Source: a virus
IMG/VR virus record: IMGVR_UViG_3300025151_000016
DNA: 64,000 bases
Direction: 5' to 3' (one strand)
The position numbers and the translations under genes are program-made. Shown here in pieces: positions 55,125-64,000 of this stretch. The notes under the pieces were generated by a model that was not told the DNA's origin, made no database searches, and saw only the letters and a program-made list of their open reading frames with translations. The stretch's first letter is position 1. Each line of letters starts with the position of its first letter.

Positions 55125-56005
55125 TAGCTAGGATCTCCAAACGGGTTAGATTCACTGAAGTCAAGGAAGTCAGTTAGTGTTTCAAAGAACTCGTTTTGTG
55201 CGTTGACTTGCGCAATTGTTTCGTTAATAGCAGAAATAGTACGAGTCAAAGTTTGTTCAGCAGAATCTTCGGATTTAATAATACCAGCTGCTGTGAACAA
55301 GTGGAAGTTACCATCGTCTGCTCCAACATTCGCAACCGAAACAACATTGCTTGAGTCATTATAATCTACAATCTCACCAGAAATAATTACACCAGTAGAT
55401 AATGTTTGTGTAAGTGTATTACCAACTATAAATCCAGTGTCGGCTGAATCTACAAGTGTAAGATTTGCGGTGTAACCTTTTTTCTCGACCTGATCAATTT
55501 CAACAACGCTTGTATCAAAGTCTTCATCATTATAATCAAATAGTTCACATCGCAGCTTAAAAGTCGGAAGATTTTTTAGTTGATAAAAAGGTTGTTCATG
55601 CTCAACATGCATGATTTCAAATATTTTTTTAGAGAATGGTACATAAAGTAAGTCCCCTTCATGTGGCCTTACGGCTTGAATCTCGTTATCAAGTCTTTTT
55701 ACAGTATGATTCCACCTGCGTTTTGAAATAACAAACGTTGCTTGGTCTCTAATCTCAACACCAAACTTTGTAAATATGTCACCTTCTCCATCGAATCCTT
55801 CTATGTTTTCGATGTACATCTCAACTTTATATGCCGAATTAAATCTTGAAGGAACATCTTCACCAAGGATTCTATCCTCGTTAACTATATCACGAGGTAA
55901 GTAATAAACGTCCTGGCCGAACATCTTTAGTGATTCTATCACTATATCTTCATAAAGATCTTGCTCGCCCTTTACACCTTGAGTAAAGTAAAGATTTGTG
56001 ACCAT
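55124..56005 (-). CDS. gp14: Neck protein (gp14)
   Basis: GQDVYYLPR, FTKFG, PHEGDL, PFYQL, DFSESNPFG. Confidence 0.92.
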   Translation of the reverse strand: MVTNLYFTQGVKGEQDLYEDIVIESLKMFGQDVYYLPRDIVNEDRILGEDVPSRFNSAYKVEMYIENIEGFDGEGDIFTKFGVEIRDQATFVISKRRWNHTVKRLDNEIQAVRPHEGDLLYVPFSKKIFEIMHVEHEQPFYQLKNLPTFKLRCELFDYNDEDFDTSVVEIDQVEKKGYTANLTLVDSADTGFIVGNTLTQTLSTGVIISGEIVDYNDSSNVVSVANVGADDGNFHLFTAAGIIKSEDSAEQTLTRTISAINETIAQVNAQNEFFETLTDFLDFSESNPFGDPS

Positions 56006-56008
56006 GAA

Positions 56009-56761
56009 TTACCCCACAAAGAAGTCAGCTGGCATTTCATGCTCTAGCCTAATTACTTCTCTTAGTCTTTCTATTTCTGCCATTGCATCTTCAAATATCT
56101 GCCGGCCATTTATTGTTACACCACCAGGAAGTTGCATGCCTTCAAATTTAATTAAGTTAGCGCCCCATTGTCTTTTAATTAATGCTGTAGTATAGTTCTT
56201 TAACCACATATCATTAAATACAGAAGTATGAGTTGTAGGTTCTACAATTTCAAATACTTCCGCAACAAGATAATCACCTTCTACTAAATCATCTGTTTCT
56301 TTTTCACCATGAATATAAAGTCTGTTCTGATGTCTAGAAAACTGGACAAGAGGATGTCCATTGAGCTTCATATCAATTAATGATAGGTACTGCTGCATTT
56401 GTTCGTAATAAGCTAGATCACCCATATACGAATGCATGTTAGCAATATCATTTAAATGTAACTGGTATTTAATATCAAAGAAGTCTCTTGTCAAAGAACC
56501 AGACGCAACCGGAAATAACTTTGAGACAAAGATAATATTAGATGAGATTGAGATGTATTCGTTTGATACATCAGTAGCAGTGATCTGATGTTTTAAGAAC
56601 GTACGAAGAGTCGCGTCAGAATGAAACTGTTGATAGTATTGTAAAGCTTCATCTACTCGATCTTCAAGCTGATCTGGATCTACGTTGATTTCAATGACCG
56701 GATCACCTAGCTCTCTGAGGCAGTAATCAATCAGTCCTTGTCTTGTGCTTGGGTTCGCCAT
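56009..56761 (-). CDS. gp13: Neck protein (gp13)
   Basis: LRELGDPVIEINV, QWGANL.KF.G.QLPGG. Confidence 0.92.
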   Translation of the reverse strand: MANPSTRQGLIDYCLRELGDPVIEINVDPDQLEDRVDEALQYYQQFHSDATLRTFLKHQITATDVSNEYISISSNIIFVSKLFPVASGSLTRDFFDIKYQLHLNDIANMHSYMGDLAYYEQMQQYLSLIDMKLNGHPLVQFSRHQNRLYIHGEKETDDLVEGDYLVAEVFEIVEPTTHTSVFNDMWLKNYTTALIKRQWGANLIKFEGMQLPGGVTINGRQIFEDAMAEIERLREVIRLEHEMPADFFVG

Positions 56762-56790
56762 GTCTGTATCCTATTAAACACTGTTAACAG

Positions 56791-56798
56791 TATTTATA
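56791..56798 (-). promoter_or_regulatory. T4 late promoter TATAAATA
   Basis: Exact consensus upstream of gp13. Confidence 0.75.
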
Positions 56799-56802
56799 AG
56801 GT

Positions 56803-59364
56803 TTATGATTTAACTACTAACTCTGTAGCTGAAATTGCTGTTCCTGCGAATACACTTGGGCTACCCGCAGTTTCACTGATCGTTCCATCTGTTTGTACAA
56901 AGTATTGCTGTCCTGGAGTAAGACCACTTTGATTATTAGATACAGAGCCTATGACATCTATTGATGCAGGTTGACCGCTTGCTACTTCGCCTCTTACATC
57001 TACACTGTGTACCACAGCACTTCCTGTGTTACCCGTATTTTCTTTCCAAGCAAAAACAAGATTATTAGTTCCACCATCTACAATTACTGATGGACGTAAT
57101 ACAGCGTTATCATCACTATAGTAGGCAACTGGTGAAGAAAAACTGCCAATAGTAGTTCCACTTACTTTTCCAGTTACAAACCTACCTTTACCAGAAGGAG
57201 TGTATGAAATGTAATTTATAACAATTTGGCCAGTTGGAGAATGATAAGTAGGGTCAAAGTTACCAGTTACTCTAGAATCAAATTGAACAGGTGTTCCAAA
57301 AGAAATACTAGTTCCTGATACTGTGCCTACAACTGCCATCCCCTTATCGCCGTTACCTCCATCTTTATATGTAATTACTGATTTATTGTTTACAGGATCA
57401 TATACAATACCAACATCTGACGTTGAGGATGAGTTATACGTTGCCGCGGAGCCGAAAGAGATAGACGTACCAGATACTGTTCCAACTACGGCTGTACCGT
57501 AACTTGAATTATTGCTGTCCATAAATGCGATAACTATCTTTTGTGCGCTGCTGTCGTAAATTGCTTTTATGTTGTAACTAGCGTTGTTTCCATGAAATCT
57601 AACCTCTGTACCAAAACTTATGCTTGTCCCTGAAACCGTACCAACAATTGCTGTACCCCTGTTGCTAGTTCCTGAGTCTCTGTAAACAACTACTGTCTTC
57701 CCTGAATTAACATCATACACACAACCTTGTATTTGTGTGTTTTGCGTGTTTAAAACAGTAGGACTTCCAAAACTTATAGATGTTCCTGAAACCGTACCAA
57801 CAATCGCTGTACCATAGTCACTTCCAGCCTCATCACAAAATGCAATAACTACTTTATCATTAGCGGTATCATAAGCAACAAAGAAATCTTTACTCTTAGC
57901 TGATTCAAAAACTACGGGAGTACCAAAAGAAATACTTGTACCACTCACTGTTCCAACTACAGCTTGTCCGTAAAAAGAATTTCCTTCATCCTGATACGCT
58001 ATTATAATCCTTCCAACATCAGGATCATAAACCATACCAATATGTTCTGATCCCATAGCGGATGACTCAAAAGTAACTTTTGACCCAGCTACTGCAGGAT
58101 TCGCAAAACCCCTCGATATACCAATGTAGTTTTCTGAGGTGAGGGTATCAAAACCTGTAGTAACAACGGCTGCTGTACCGTAACTTGAATTTGCGCTATC
58201 ACTCCAAGCAACAACTATTCTACCAGCGTTAGCGTCATAAACACTCTTTGGAACAGCTGATGCATCGGAATCAATAGTTACTGTAGAACTATCAACATCA
58301 AGAGAAGTACCATTTATTGAAGCACCTATAGCTTTAACTGGCGTGCCCGAATCATCTACGAAAGTTATCATAAACTTTCCAGCGGCGGTGTTGTAATTTA
58401 TGTCATTGTTATCTGCTCTAGTAGAAAAGTATACAACTTTAGAACCAACGCTTATAGATGTTCCGCTTACTGTTCCAACTACAGCTGTTCCTACATCGCT
58501 GTTACCTTCATCTCTAAAGACTATGACAACCTTGTTGTTAACGGGATCAAACGCTATGCCTTGATCTCTAACGTGATCGGTGCTGTACACAGTAGCAGAT
58601 CCAAAAGATATGCTTGTTCCGCTTACTGATCCTACTATCACATTTCCTGCGCTATCAGGATGATTTCTGTATGCTATCACAACTTTATTATTTGTGCTAT
58701 CAAACGTGCATGCGGTGTAGTATGTGGCATCTGTTTCAAAATTAACAGGAGTACCCCAAGATATTGATGTTCCACTCACTGTTCCTACACATGCTTGTCC
58801 TCTGTCACTTTCATCAATATTTTGGTATACTACAACAACTTTACCACTTGCGCTGTCAAATGTAACTGATTGGTAATCAGTTCTATCAGTCACATAATGC
58901 GCTTCTGAACCAAAGCTTATGCTTGTTCCACTTACTGTGCCAACAACTCCATTACCGCGGCTACCACTGCTGTTGTCAGTATAAATTATTACAACTTTAT
59001 TATTAGTAGTATCAAAAGTAACATTGATATTAGTTGTGTTTCCTACGTTAAAAACAGTAGGGCTTCCAAAACTAATAGAATTATCAGAGGAGTCTACTGT
59101 TCCAACAATTGCTGTGCCTCTGTTTGAATTGCCCTCATCTCTATATGCAACAACAACTTTATTGCTATTGGAATCATAACCAATATCAATATTATTACTG
59201 GTTGCTGATTCAAAAACAACGGCTGTTCCTGCTGAAGCAGCTGTGGCAACCGGTAAGCTAACAGTTCCGTCAGAATTAACAATAACTGGTCGGCCGCTGG
59301 GTAATGTACCACTAGCTATCGCTTTTAACTCACCAGTACTTTCAGCCCCTATACGTTTTAGCAT
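56803..59364 (-). CDS. Repeat-rich virion fibre/adhesin protein (paralog C)
   Basis: ~48-aa repeats (YD...KVVI.Y.D.....GTAIVGTVSGTSISFG) in two blocks; C-terminal LTPGQQYFV...GTAISATEL module. Confidence 0.75.
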   Translation of the reverse strand: MLKRIGAESTGELKAIASGTLPSGRPVIVNSDGTVSLPVATAASAGTAVVFESATSNNIDIGYDSNSNKVVVAYRDEGNSNRGTAIVGTVDSSDNSISFGSPTVFNVGNTTNINVTFDTTNNKVVIIYTDNSSGSRGNGVVGTVSGTSISFGSEAHYVTDRTDYQSVTFDSASGKVVVVYQNIDESDRGQACVGTVSGTSISWGTPVNFETDATYYTACTFDSTNNKVVIAYRNHPDSAGNVIVGSVSGTSISFGSATVYSTDHVRDQGIAFDPVNNKVVIVFRDEGNSDVGTAVVGTVSGTSISVGSKVVYFSTRADNNDINYNTAAGKFMITFVDDSGTPVKAIGASINGTSLDVDSSTVTIDSDASAVPKSVYDANAGRIVVAWSDSANSSYGTAAVVTTGFDTLTSENYIGISRGFANPAVAGSKVTFESSAMGSEHIGMVYDPDVGRIIIAYQDEGNSFYGQAVVGTVSGTSISFGTPVVFESAKSKDFFVAYDTANDKVVIAFCDEAGSDYGTAIVGTVSGTSISFGSPTVLNTQNTQIQGCVYDVNSGKTVVVYRDSGTSNRGTAIVGTVSGTSISFGTEVRFHGNNASYNIKAIYDSSAQKIVIAFMDSNNSSYGTAVVGTVSGTSISFGSAATYNSSSTSDVGIVYDPVNNKSVITYKDGGNGDKGMAVVGTVSGTSISFGTPVQFDSRVTGNFDPTYHSPTGQIVINYISYTPSGKGRFVTGKVSGTTIGSFSSPVAYYSDDNAVLRPSVIVDGGTNNLVFAWKENTGNTGSAVVHSVDVRGEVASGQPASIDVIGSVSNNQSGLTPGQQYFVQTDGTISETAGSPSVFAGTAISATELVVKS

Positions 59365-59366
59365 TG

Positions 59367-61928
59367 TTACCCTTTCACTATAAGTTCGGTTGCTGATATG
59401 GCAGTTCCTGCAAAGACGCTTGGATCATCTGCTGTCGTTCCTATTGAGCCATCAGACTGAACAAAGTATTGCTGTCCTGGCGTTAATGCACTATGATTTT
59501 TAGATATAGCGCCTTGTGTGTCTACCAAAACTGTTTTACCACTTGCCACTTGGCCTCTTGAAATGCTGTTGAATCCAAGTGCAACCACTCTAGCCTTTCC
59601 GTTAGTAGAAGTCTGATCTCTTCCTGAAAATACTAATCTCTCATTTGTGCTATCATAAGCGACATCATTGTATGTTGCATCGCCATCAAATATATTAATA
59701 GCTGTATCAAAGGTTAAAGATGTACCTGAAACAGTTGCTGATATAGCTTTACCTTTTGATCCAGCCTGATATGCAAGCACAGCTTTTCCTGCACTGCTGT
59801 CAAAAACTGCATTAGGATAAGCCATATTGGTATCACTTCCAAATTGAACAGCAGTTCCAAAACTAATTGACGTTCCAGACACAGTTCCTACTACTCCGTA
59901 AAGCGCATTATTGGTGTGCTCATAGAACACTACTACTTTACCACTTACGGGATCAAACGTTACAGCATTATCTGGAGAGTTGTTTGTATTGTAAACTACT
60001 TCTGAACCAAAACTAATAGATGTTCCTGATACAGTACCTACGATAGCCGTGCCTTTACCAGAGTTTCCATCGTCTTGGTATACAATTATAACCTTATTAT
60101 TAGTAGAATCAAATGTCATATTTTTATCACCAGTATTCGCTGCGTTGAAAGTTACTTCAGATCCAAAACTTATAGATGTACCTGAAACAGTTCCAACTAT
60201 CGCTTTACCGTGATCACTTGATGCTCCATCTTTATAAGAAATTACAATTTTGTTACTGTTACTATCAAAGGTTGCAGCTAAGTTAGTTGTTGCGTTGCCT
60301 GAATTATAAACAACAGGTGTTCCAAAACTAATTGACGTACCACTCACTGTTCCAACTACAGCTGTTCCGTAATTTGAATTGCCACCATCATAGTAAACAA
60401 TAACAACTTTACCTGAGTTACTATCAAATCTAACATGAGCATCAGCAGTGCCGTTATTTGTGTAAACAGCAGAACTACCAAAAGAAATAGAATTATCAGA
60501 AGGATCTACTGTTCCAACAATCGCTGTAGAGTAATTTGAATTGTTACCGTCTCTATATGCTATCACAACTTTATTATTTGTGCTGTCAAATCCAATTCCT
60601 GACTGTGTTGCATCTCCGGATTCAAATACGGTTTCTGAACCTAGAGCCTGTGTCCTACTAGAGACTAGGTTTCTTCCTGCACTTATTCCTATATAACTCT
60701 CTGTAGTAAAGTTAGTTAATGCAAAGCTGCTGTCTAGAGCTTGTAGTGTTCCATAGCTTGAATTTCCAGTATCTCTATAAACAAGTAGAGCTTTTCCTGC
60801 GCTAGCATCATATACAACGCCTGTATCTGTTATGTTTGCAGAACTTATAACATTTTCTGAGCCAAAACTAATAGATGTACCAGAAACGGTTCCTATTTTT
60901 CCTGCCATACCATAATTTTTATCATAAAAGAGAAAGAATTGATTGTTTGCAGTATCATATGCTAGGTCGGCATCATAACCGGCAGCAGATCCACTGAAAA
61001 CTGTTTCTGAACCAAAGGACATTGATGTTCCGCTTATTGTACCAACAATCGCGGTTCCACGGCTGCTATTTCCACCATCAGGATAAGTAACCACTATTTT
61101 GTATGAATCAGGATCGTATGCTGCTGTTATGCCGCCATCAGTAGTAGCCGCATGAAAAGCTGCGGTAGTTCCACCACTTATGGATGTTCCACTCACTGTT
61201 CCAACAACGTAGTATCCATGACCGGTTGCATTGTCTTGATAAAAAACTGCTGTTTTATTTGCGTTGGCATCATATACTGTATTAATACTTGTATTAACCG
61301 TTCTATTAGCAAGTGTAGCAGTGGTACCAAAACTTATGTTTGTACCAGATACCGTTCCAACGGCCGCCGCAACAATATTAGAACTTGTGCCGCCTCTCCA
61401 AGCACATACAACTTTATTTGCACTCGTATCATAATCAGCAGAAACTCTTAACACATTTCTACTATCCATTACCACTGCTGTTCCAACACTTGCTGAAGTT
61501 CCACTAACAGTTACAACTCTTGACGTTAGATAATAACTATTAGAGCCGTCAGGATAAAATATTACAAATTTGTCATTGTCTGGATCATATACAACTGAAG
61601 CGCCTTGAGCATTTACATTACTCTCAACGCCACCAACATGAACAGAAGAACCAAGCGTCACAGTACTTCCAGAAATTGTTCCTGCTGTAATTCTAAGAGG
61701 ATAGCCCCCGCCTGGACCAGTATGCATGATAAGAAAAGTTCCAGAATTACTTGTAGCTATTGCTATTTGAGTTGATGTTTCTTCAGCAAATATAGTTGTA
61801 GCGTTAAAAGGCCCACCTGCAGTTCCATCTGCATTCATAAGCACTGGCTTACCATTAGAGATCGCGCCACTCGCTACGAATGGTTCTTGTCTTGAAACAT
61901 TTTTATCATTGCCTATGACGCGCAACAT
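59367..61928 (-). CDS. Repeat-rich virion fibre/adhesin protein (paralog B)
   Basis: Same repeat and C-terminal module; also 853 aa. Confidence 0.75.
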   Translation of the reverse strand: MLRVIGNDKNVSRQEPFVASGAISNGKPVLMNADGTAGGPFNATTIFAEETSTQIAIATSNSGTFLIMHTGPGGGYPLRITAGTISGSTVTLGSSVHVGGVESNVNAQGASVVYDPDNDKFVIFYPDGSNSYYLTSRVVTVSGTSASVGTAVVMDSRNVLRVSADYDTSANKVVCAWRGGTSSNIVAAAVGTVSGTNISFGTTATLANRTVNTSINTVYDANANKTAVFYQDNATGHGYYVVGTVSGTSISGGTTAAFHAATTDGGITAAYDPDSYKIVVTYPDGGNSSRGTAIVGTISGTSMSFGSETVFSGSAAGYDADLAYDTANNQFFLFYDKNYGMAGKIGTVSGTSISFGSENVISSANITDTGVVYDASAGKALLVYRDTGNSSYGTLQALDSSFALTNFTTESYIGISAGRNLVSSRTQALGSETVFESGDATQSGIGFDSTNNKVVIAYRDGNNSNYSTAIVGTVDPSDNSISFGSSAVYTNNGTADAHVRFDSNSGKVVIVYYDGGNSNYGTAVVGTVSGTSISFGTPVVYNSGNATTNLAATFDSNSNKIVISYKDGASSDHGKAIVGTVSGTSISFGSEVTFNAANTGDKNMTFDSTNNKVIIVYQDDGNSGKGTAIVGTVSGTSISFGSEVVYNTNNSPDNAVTFDPVSGKVVVFYEHTNNALYGVVGTVSGTSISFGTAVQFGSDTNMAYPNAVFDSSAGKAVLAYQAGSKGKAISATVSGTSLTFDTAINIFDGDATYNDVAYDSTNERLVFSGRDQTSTNGKARVVALGFNSISRGQVASGKTVLVDTQGAISKNHSALTPGQQYFVQSDGSIGTTADDPSVFAGTAISATELIVKG

Positions 61929-61937
61929 TCTTTTCTC

Positions 61938-62195
61938 CTACCCGTCTGAGTCGGGCTCTACCCAATCAGGATTAGCTGACCAAGTTGTACCAGTTAATTT
62001 GTACTTGTTGCCAACCCAATCGCTTGGTGCGTTTGTTATATTTTCTGTGATGGTAGCAGTGCTGCTGTTCATATCACCGATAATAAACTGTGGTGGATTA
62101 CCTACAGTAATATTATCTGCTGTTGCAGTTATTGCTACGTCATCTGCAATCAAGTATTTACATAATTTAGTTGATTTTTCTACGATAGTTTTCAT
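61938..62195 (-). CDS. Small fibre-associated protein
   Basis: 85 aa between fibre paralogs; APSDWVGNKY...W..NPDW. Confidence 0.7.
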   Translation of the reverse strand: MKTIVEKSTKLCKYLIADDVAITATADNITVGNPPQFIIGDMNSSTATITENITNAPSDWVGNKYKLTGTTWSANPDWVEPDSDG

Positions 62196-62198
62196 TTC

Positions 62199-64000
62199 TT
62201 AACCTTTCACTATAAGTTCTGTAGAAGATATTGCAGTTCCTGCCGTAACGGAAGGACTCCCTGCTGTTAAGCTTAACGCTCCCGCGCCAGTTACAAAGTA
62301 TGTCTGGCCCGGTGTCAAGCTCGTCAAATTTCTCGCCACGTTGCAGGAAGAAAGTATTTCTCCTGTCGTTGTATCTAATATTGGTCCACTCGTAATGCCT
62401 ATGAAGTTTTCTGAGGTGAGGTTTGAAGCATTGTGATCAGGTGTGTATGCTACAGCAGTTCCATGATCAGAGTTTGAACTGGCTCTATACACAATAATTA
62501 TTTTTTTATTTACTGGATCCCATGCCTGATCATGATAGTATCCCTGTTCACCATTCAGTTGAGTCTCACTGCCGAAAGTAATTGTCGTTCCACTGATAGT
62601 CGCTGTGGCAAATCTAATTATGTTACCATCTCCTGCATCTCTATAAACTATGACATTGTATCCAGCATCAGGATGATGAAGAATATTTGTATTCGTAGTA
62701 TTACCTGAGTTCAGTACCTGTTCAGATCCAAAGGTTACAGCTGTACCGCTTATTGTTCCAACTATAGCTGTGCCATAACTGTTGTTAGCTATATCTCTAT
62801 AGTAGATCATTATCTTTTGAACTGTCGGATCATAGACTGTACTTATGTTGTCGGTTGAACCTGCATTGAAAACTGTTTCTGACCCCCAAGTAATTGCCGT
62901 TCCACTTATGGATCCAACACGAGCCGTACCATAACTAGAGTTTCCTTCGTCCTTATAAGCTACTATAAAATTTTCACTAGCTTCATCATAGGATGAGTGT
63001 ATAGCTGGCCCTGTGGTTCCTGAGTTATAAATATACTGACTGCCCCAACTTATACTTGTTCCTGAGACTGTTCCTACTTGAGACTTACCCTGGTCTGAAG
63101 TTGTTCTATACGAAACAACTACCTTTTGTGTTGCCGCGTGATAAATCAAATTCGCGTAGTTAACGTTTGCACTATTAAAAACAACGTGAGATCCAAAGGA
63201 CACAGAACTACCTGATACTGTTGCTACGACCGATGTTCCATATCCAGAATTATCTCCATCATAATAAACAATTACAAACTTCCCTGCATTGGTATCATAA
63301 ATTACATCAGCAAAATTAGTGTTAGCGTTATGAAAAGTGGTTACGCTTCCATATGTAATAGATGTTCCAGAAATCGTCGCAACTACGCATTTACCTTTAC
63401 CGCTATCACCGGCGTCACAATATATAATTAGCATTTTGTCATTTACAGGATCATAAGCAATCCTAGTAAAGTTAGATTCTGCAGATTCAAACACAGCTTT
63501 TGTACCAGTCACCGCAGAAACTGATGATTGACTAACACTACTTACAGTCCCATTAGCATTTACAATGACGGGTGCACCAGCAGATATCGTGCCGCCAGAT
63601 GCAGAGGAATAACCTGTTCTTATTACTTGTGCTAGACCGTTATCGCTTCCAGTACTATCTAAATAAGCAGCAACAACTCTTTTATTAGTACTGTCATATG
63701 CCACACCTGGCAATATAGTAACTCCCTCAACTGCTTTCATTACTGTTTCTGTATCAAATGAAATATCTGTTCCACTTACAGTACCCGATATAAATGTAGG
63801 TCTATTAGAGTTACCGCCATCTTTATAAACGATAGCTATTTTTCCTGCTTCAGTGTCATAAACCCCTCTGGTATATTCTGACTGACCTGTATTAAAAATA
63901 GCAGCACTTCCAAAACTTATGCTTGTACCACTGACAGTTCCTACATGAGCTGTACCTCTATCTGAGTTACCACCATCTGCATAAAATATAACCATTTTGT
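62199..64000 (-). CDS. Repeat-rich virion fibre/adhesin protein (paralog A), 5' truncated by the window
   Basis: Open frame to the right edge with the same repeat and C-terminal module. Confidence 0.75.
   Translation of the reverse strand, partial: KMVIFYADGGNSDRGTAHVGTVSGTSISFGSAAIFNTGQSEYTRGVYDTEAGKIAIVYKDGGNSNRPTFISGTVSGTDISFDTETVMKAVEGVTILPGVAYDSTNKRVVAAYLDSTGSDNGLAQVIRTGYSSASGGTISAGAPVIVNANGTVSSVSQSSVSAVTGTKAVFESAESNFTRIAYDPVNDKMLIIYCDAGDSGKGKCVVATISGTSITYGSVTTFHNANTNFADVIYDTNAGKFVIVYYDGDNSGYGTSVVATVSGSSVSFGSHVVFNSANVNYANLIYHAATQKVVVSYRTTSDQGKSQVGTVSGTSISWGSQYIYNSGTTGPAIHSSYDEASENFIVAYKDEGNSSYGTARVGSISGTAITWGSETVFNAGSTDNISTVYDPTVQKIMIYYRDIANNSYGTAIVGTISGTAVTFGSEQVLNSGNTTNTNILHHPDAGYNVIVYRDAGDGNIIRFATATISGTTITFGSETQLNGEQGYYHDQAWDPVNKKIIIVYRASSNSDHGTAVAYTPDHNASNLTSENFIGITSGPILDTTTGEILSSCNVARNLTSLTPGQTYFVTGAGALSLTAGSPSVTAGTAISSTELIVKG

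Noticed and set aside
56803-64000. Diversity-generating retroelement in the fibre genes
   Set aside because: No reverse transcriptase in the window and no adenine-specific TR/VR pair seen

Overview
A 64 kb stretch of an AT-rich T4-like myophage genome, with almost all genes on the minus strand. The host is most likely a marine alphaproteobacterium, judged from the permuted two-piece tmRNA with an ANDNF...ALAA tag, a ROSE thermometer, a DUF1127 protein and pseudoazurin. In transcription order (right to left) it carries: three tandem GTVSGTSISFG-repeat fibre/adhesin paralogs; the T4 virion module (gp13-gp23, gp3); uvsY, uvsW, gp55, gp47/46, gp45/44, dexA, gp62, regA, hsp20, gp43, a primase-polymerase, uvsX, gp41 and thyX. 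Accessory content includes a Kdo/sugar-nucleotide cluster (kdsA-pckA-kdsB-cupin-PMM-tagD-ugd), GAPDH, a half Na/Pi transporter, pseudoazurin and a late operon of exported proteins. Three systems stand out. (1) A coupled cytosine hypermodification operon (GIY-YIG nuclease, Nmad1, dCMP hydroxymethylase, dCMP deaminase, UDG-like protein, alpha-glucosyltransferase-like enzyme, UDP-glucuronate 4-epimerase, atypical C5-methyltransferase) that may make a uronic-acid-glycosylated hmC. (2) A minimal permuted tmRNA whose 223-nt intervening segment holds a complete protein gene. (3) A ROSE RNA thermometer on hsp20. T4 late promoters (TATAAATA), sigma70-type early promoters with IHF-like sites at fixed spacing, and intrinsic terminators are readable by eye. 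All calls come from motif recognition and gene order; no searches were run.
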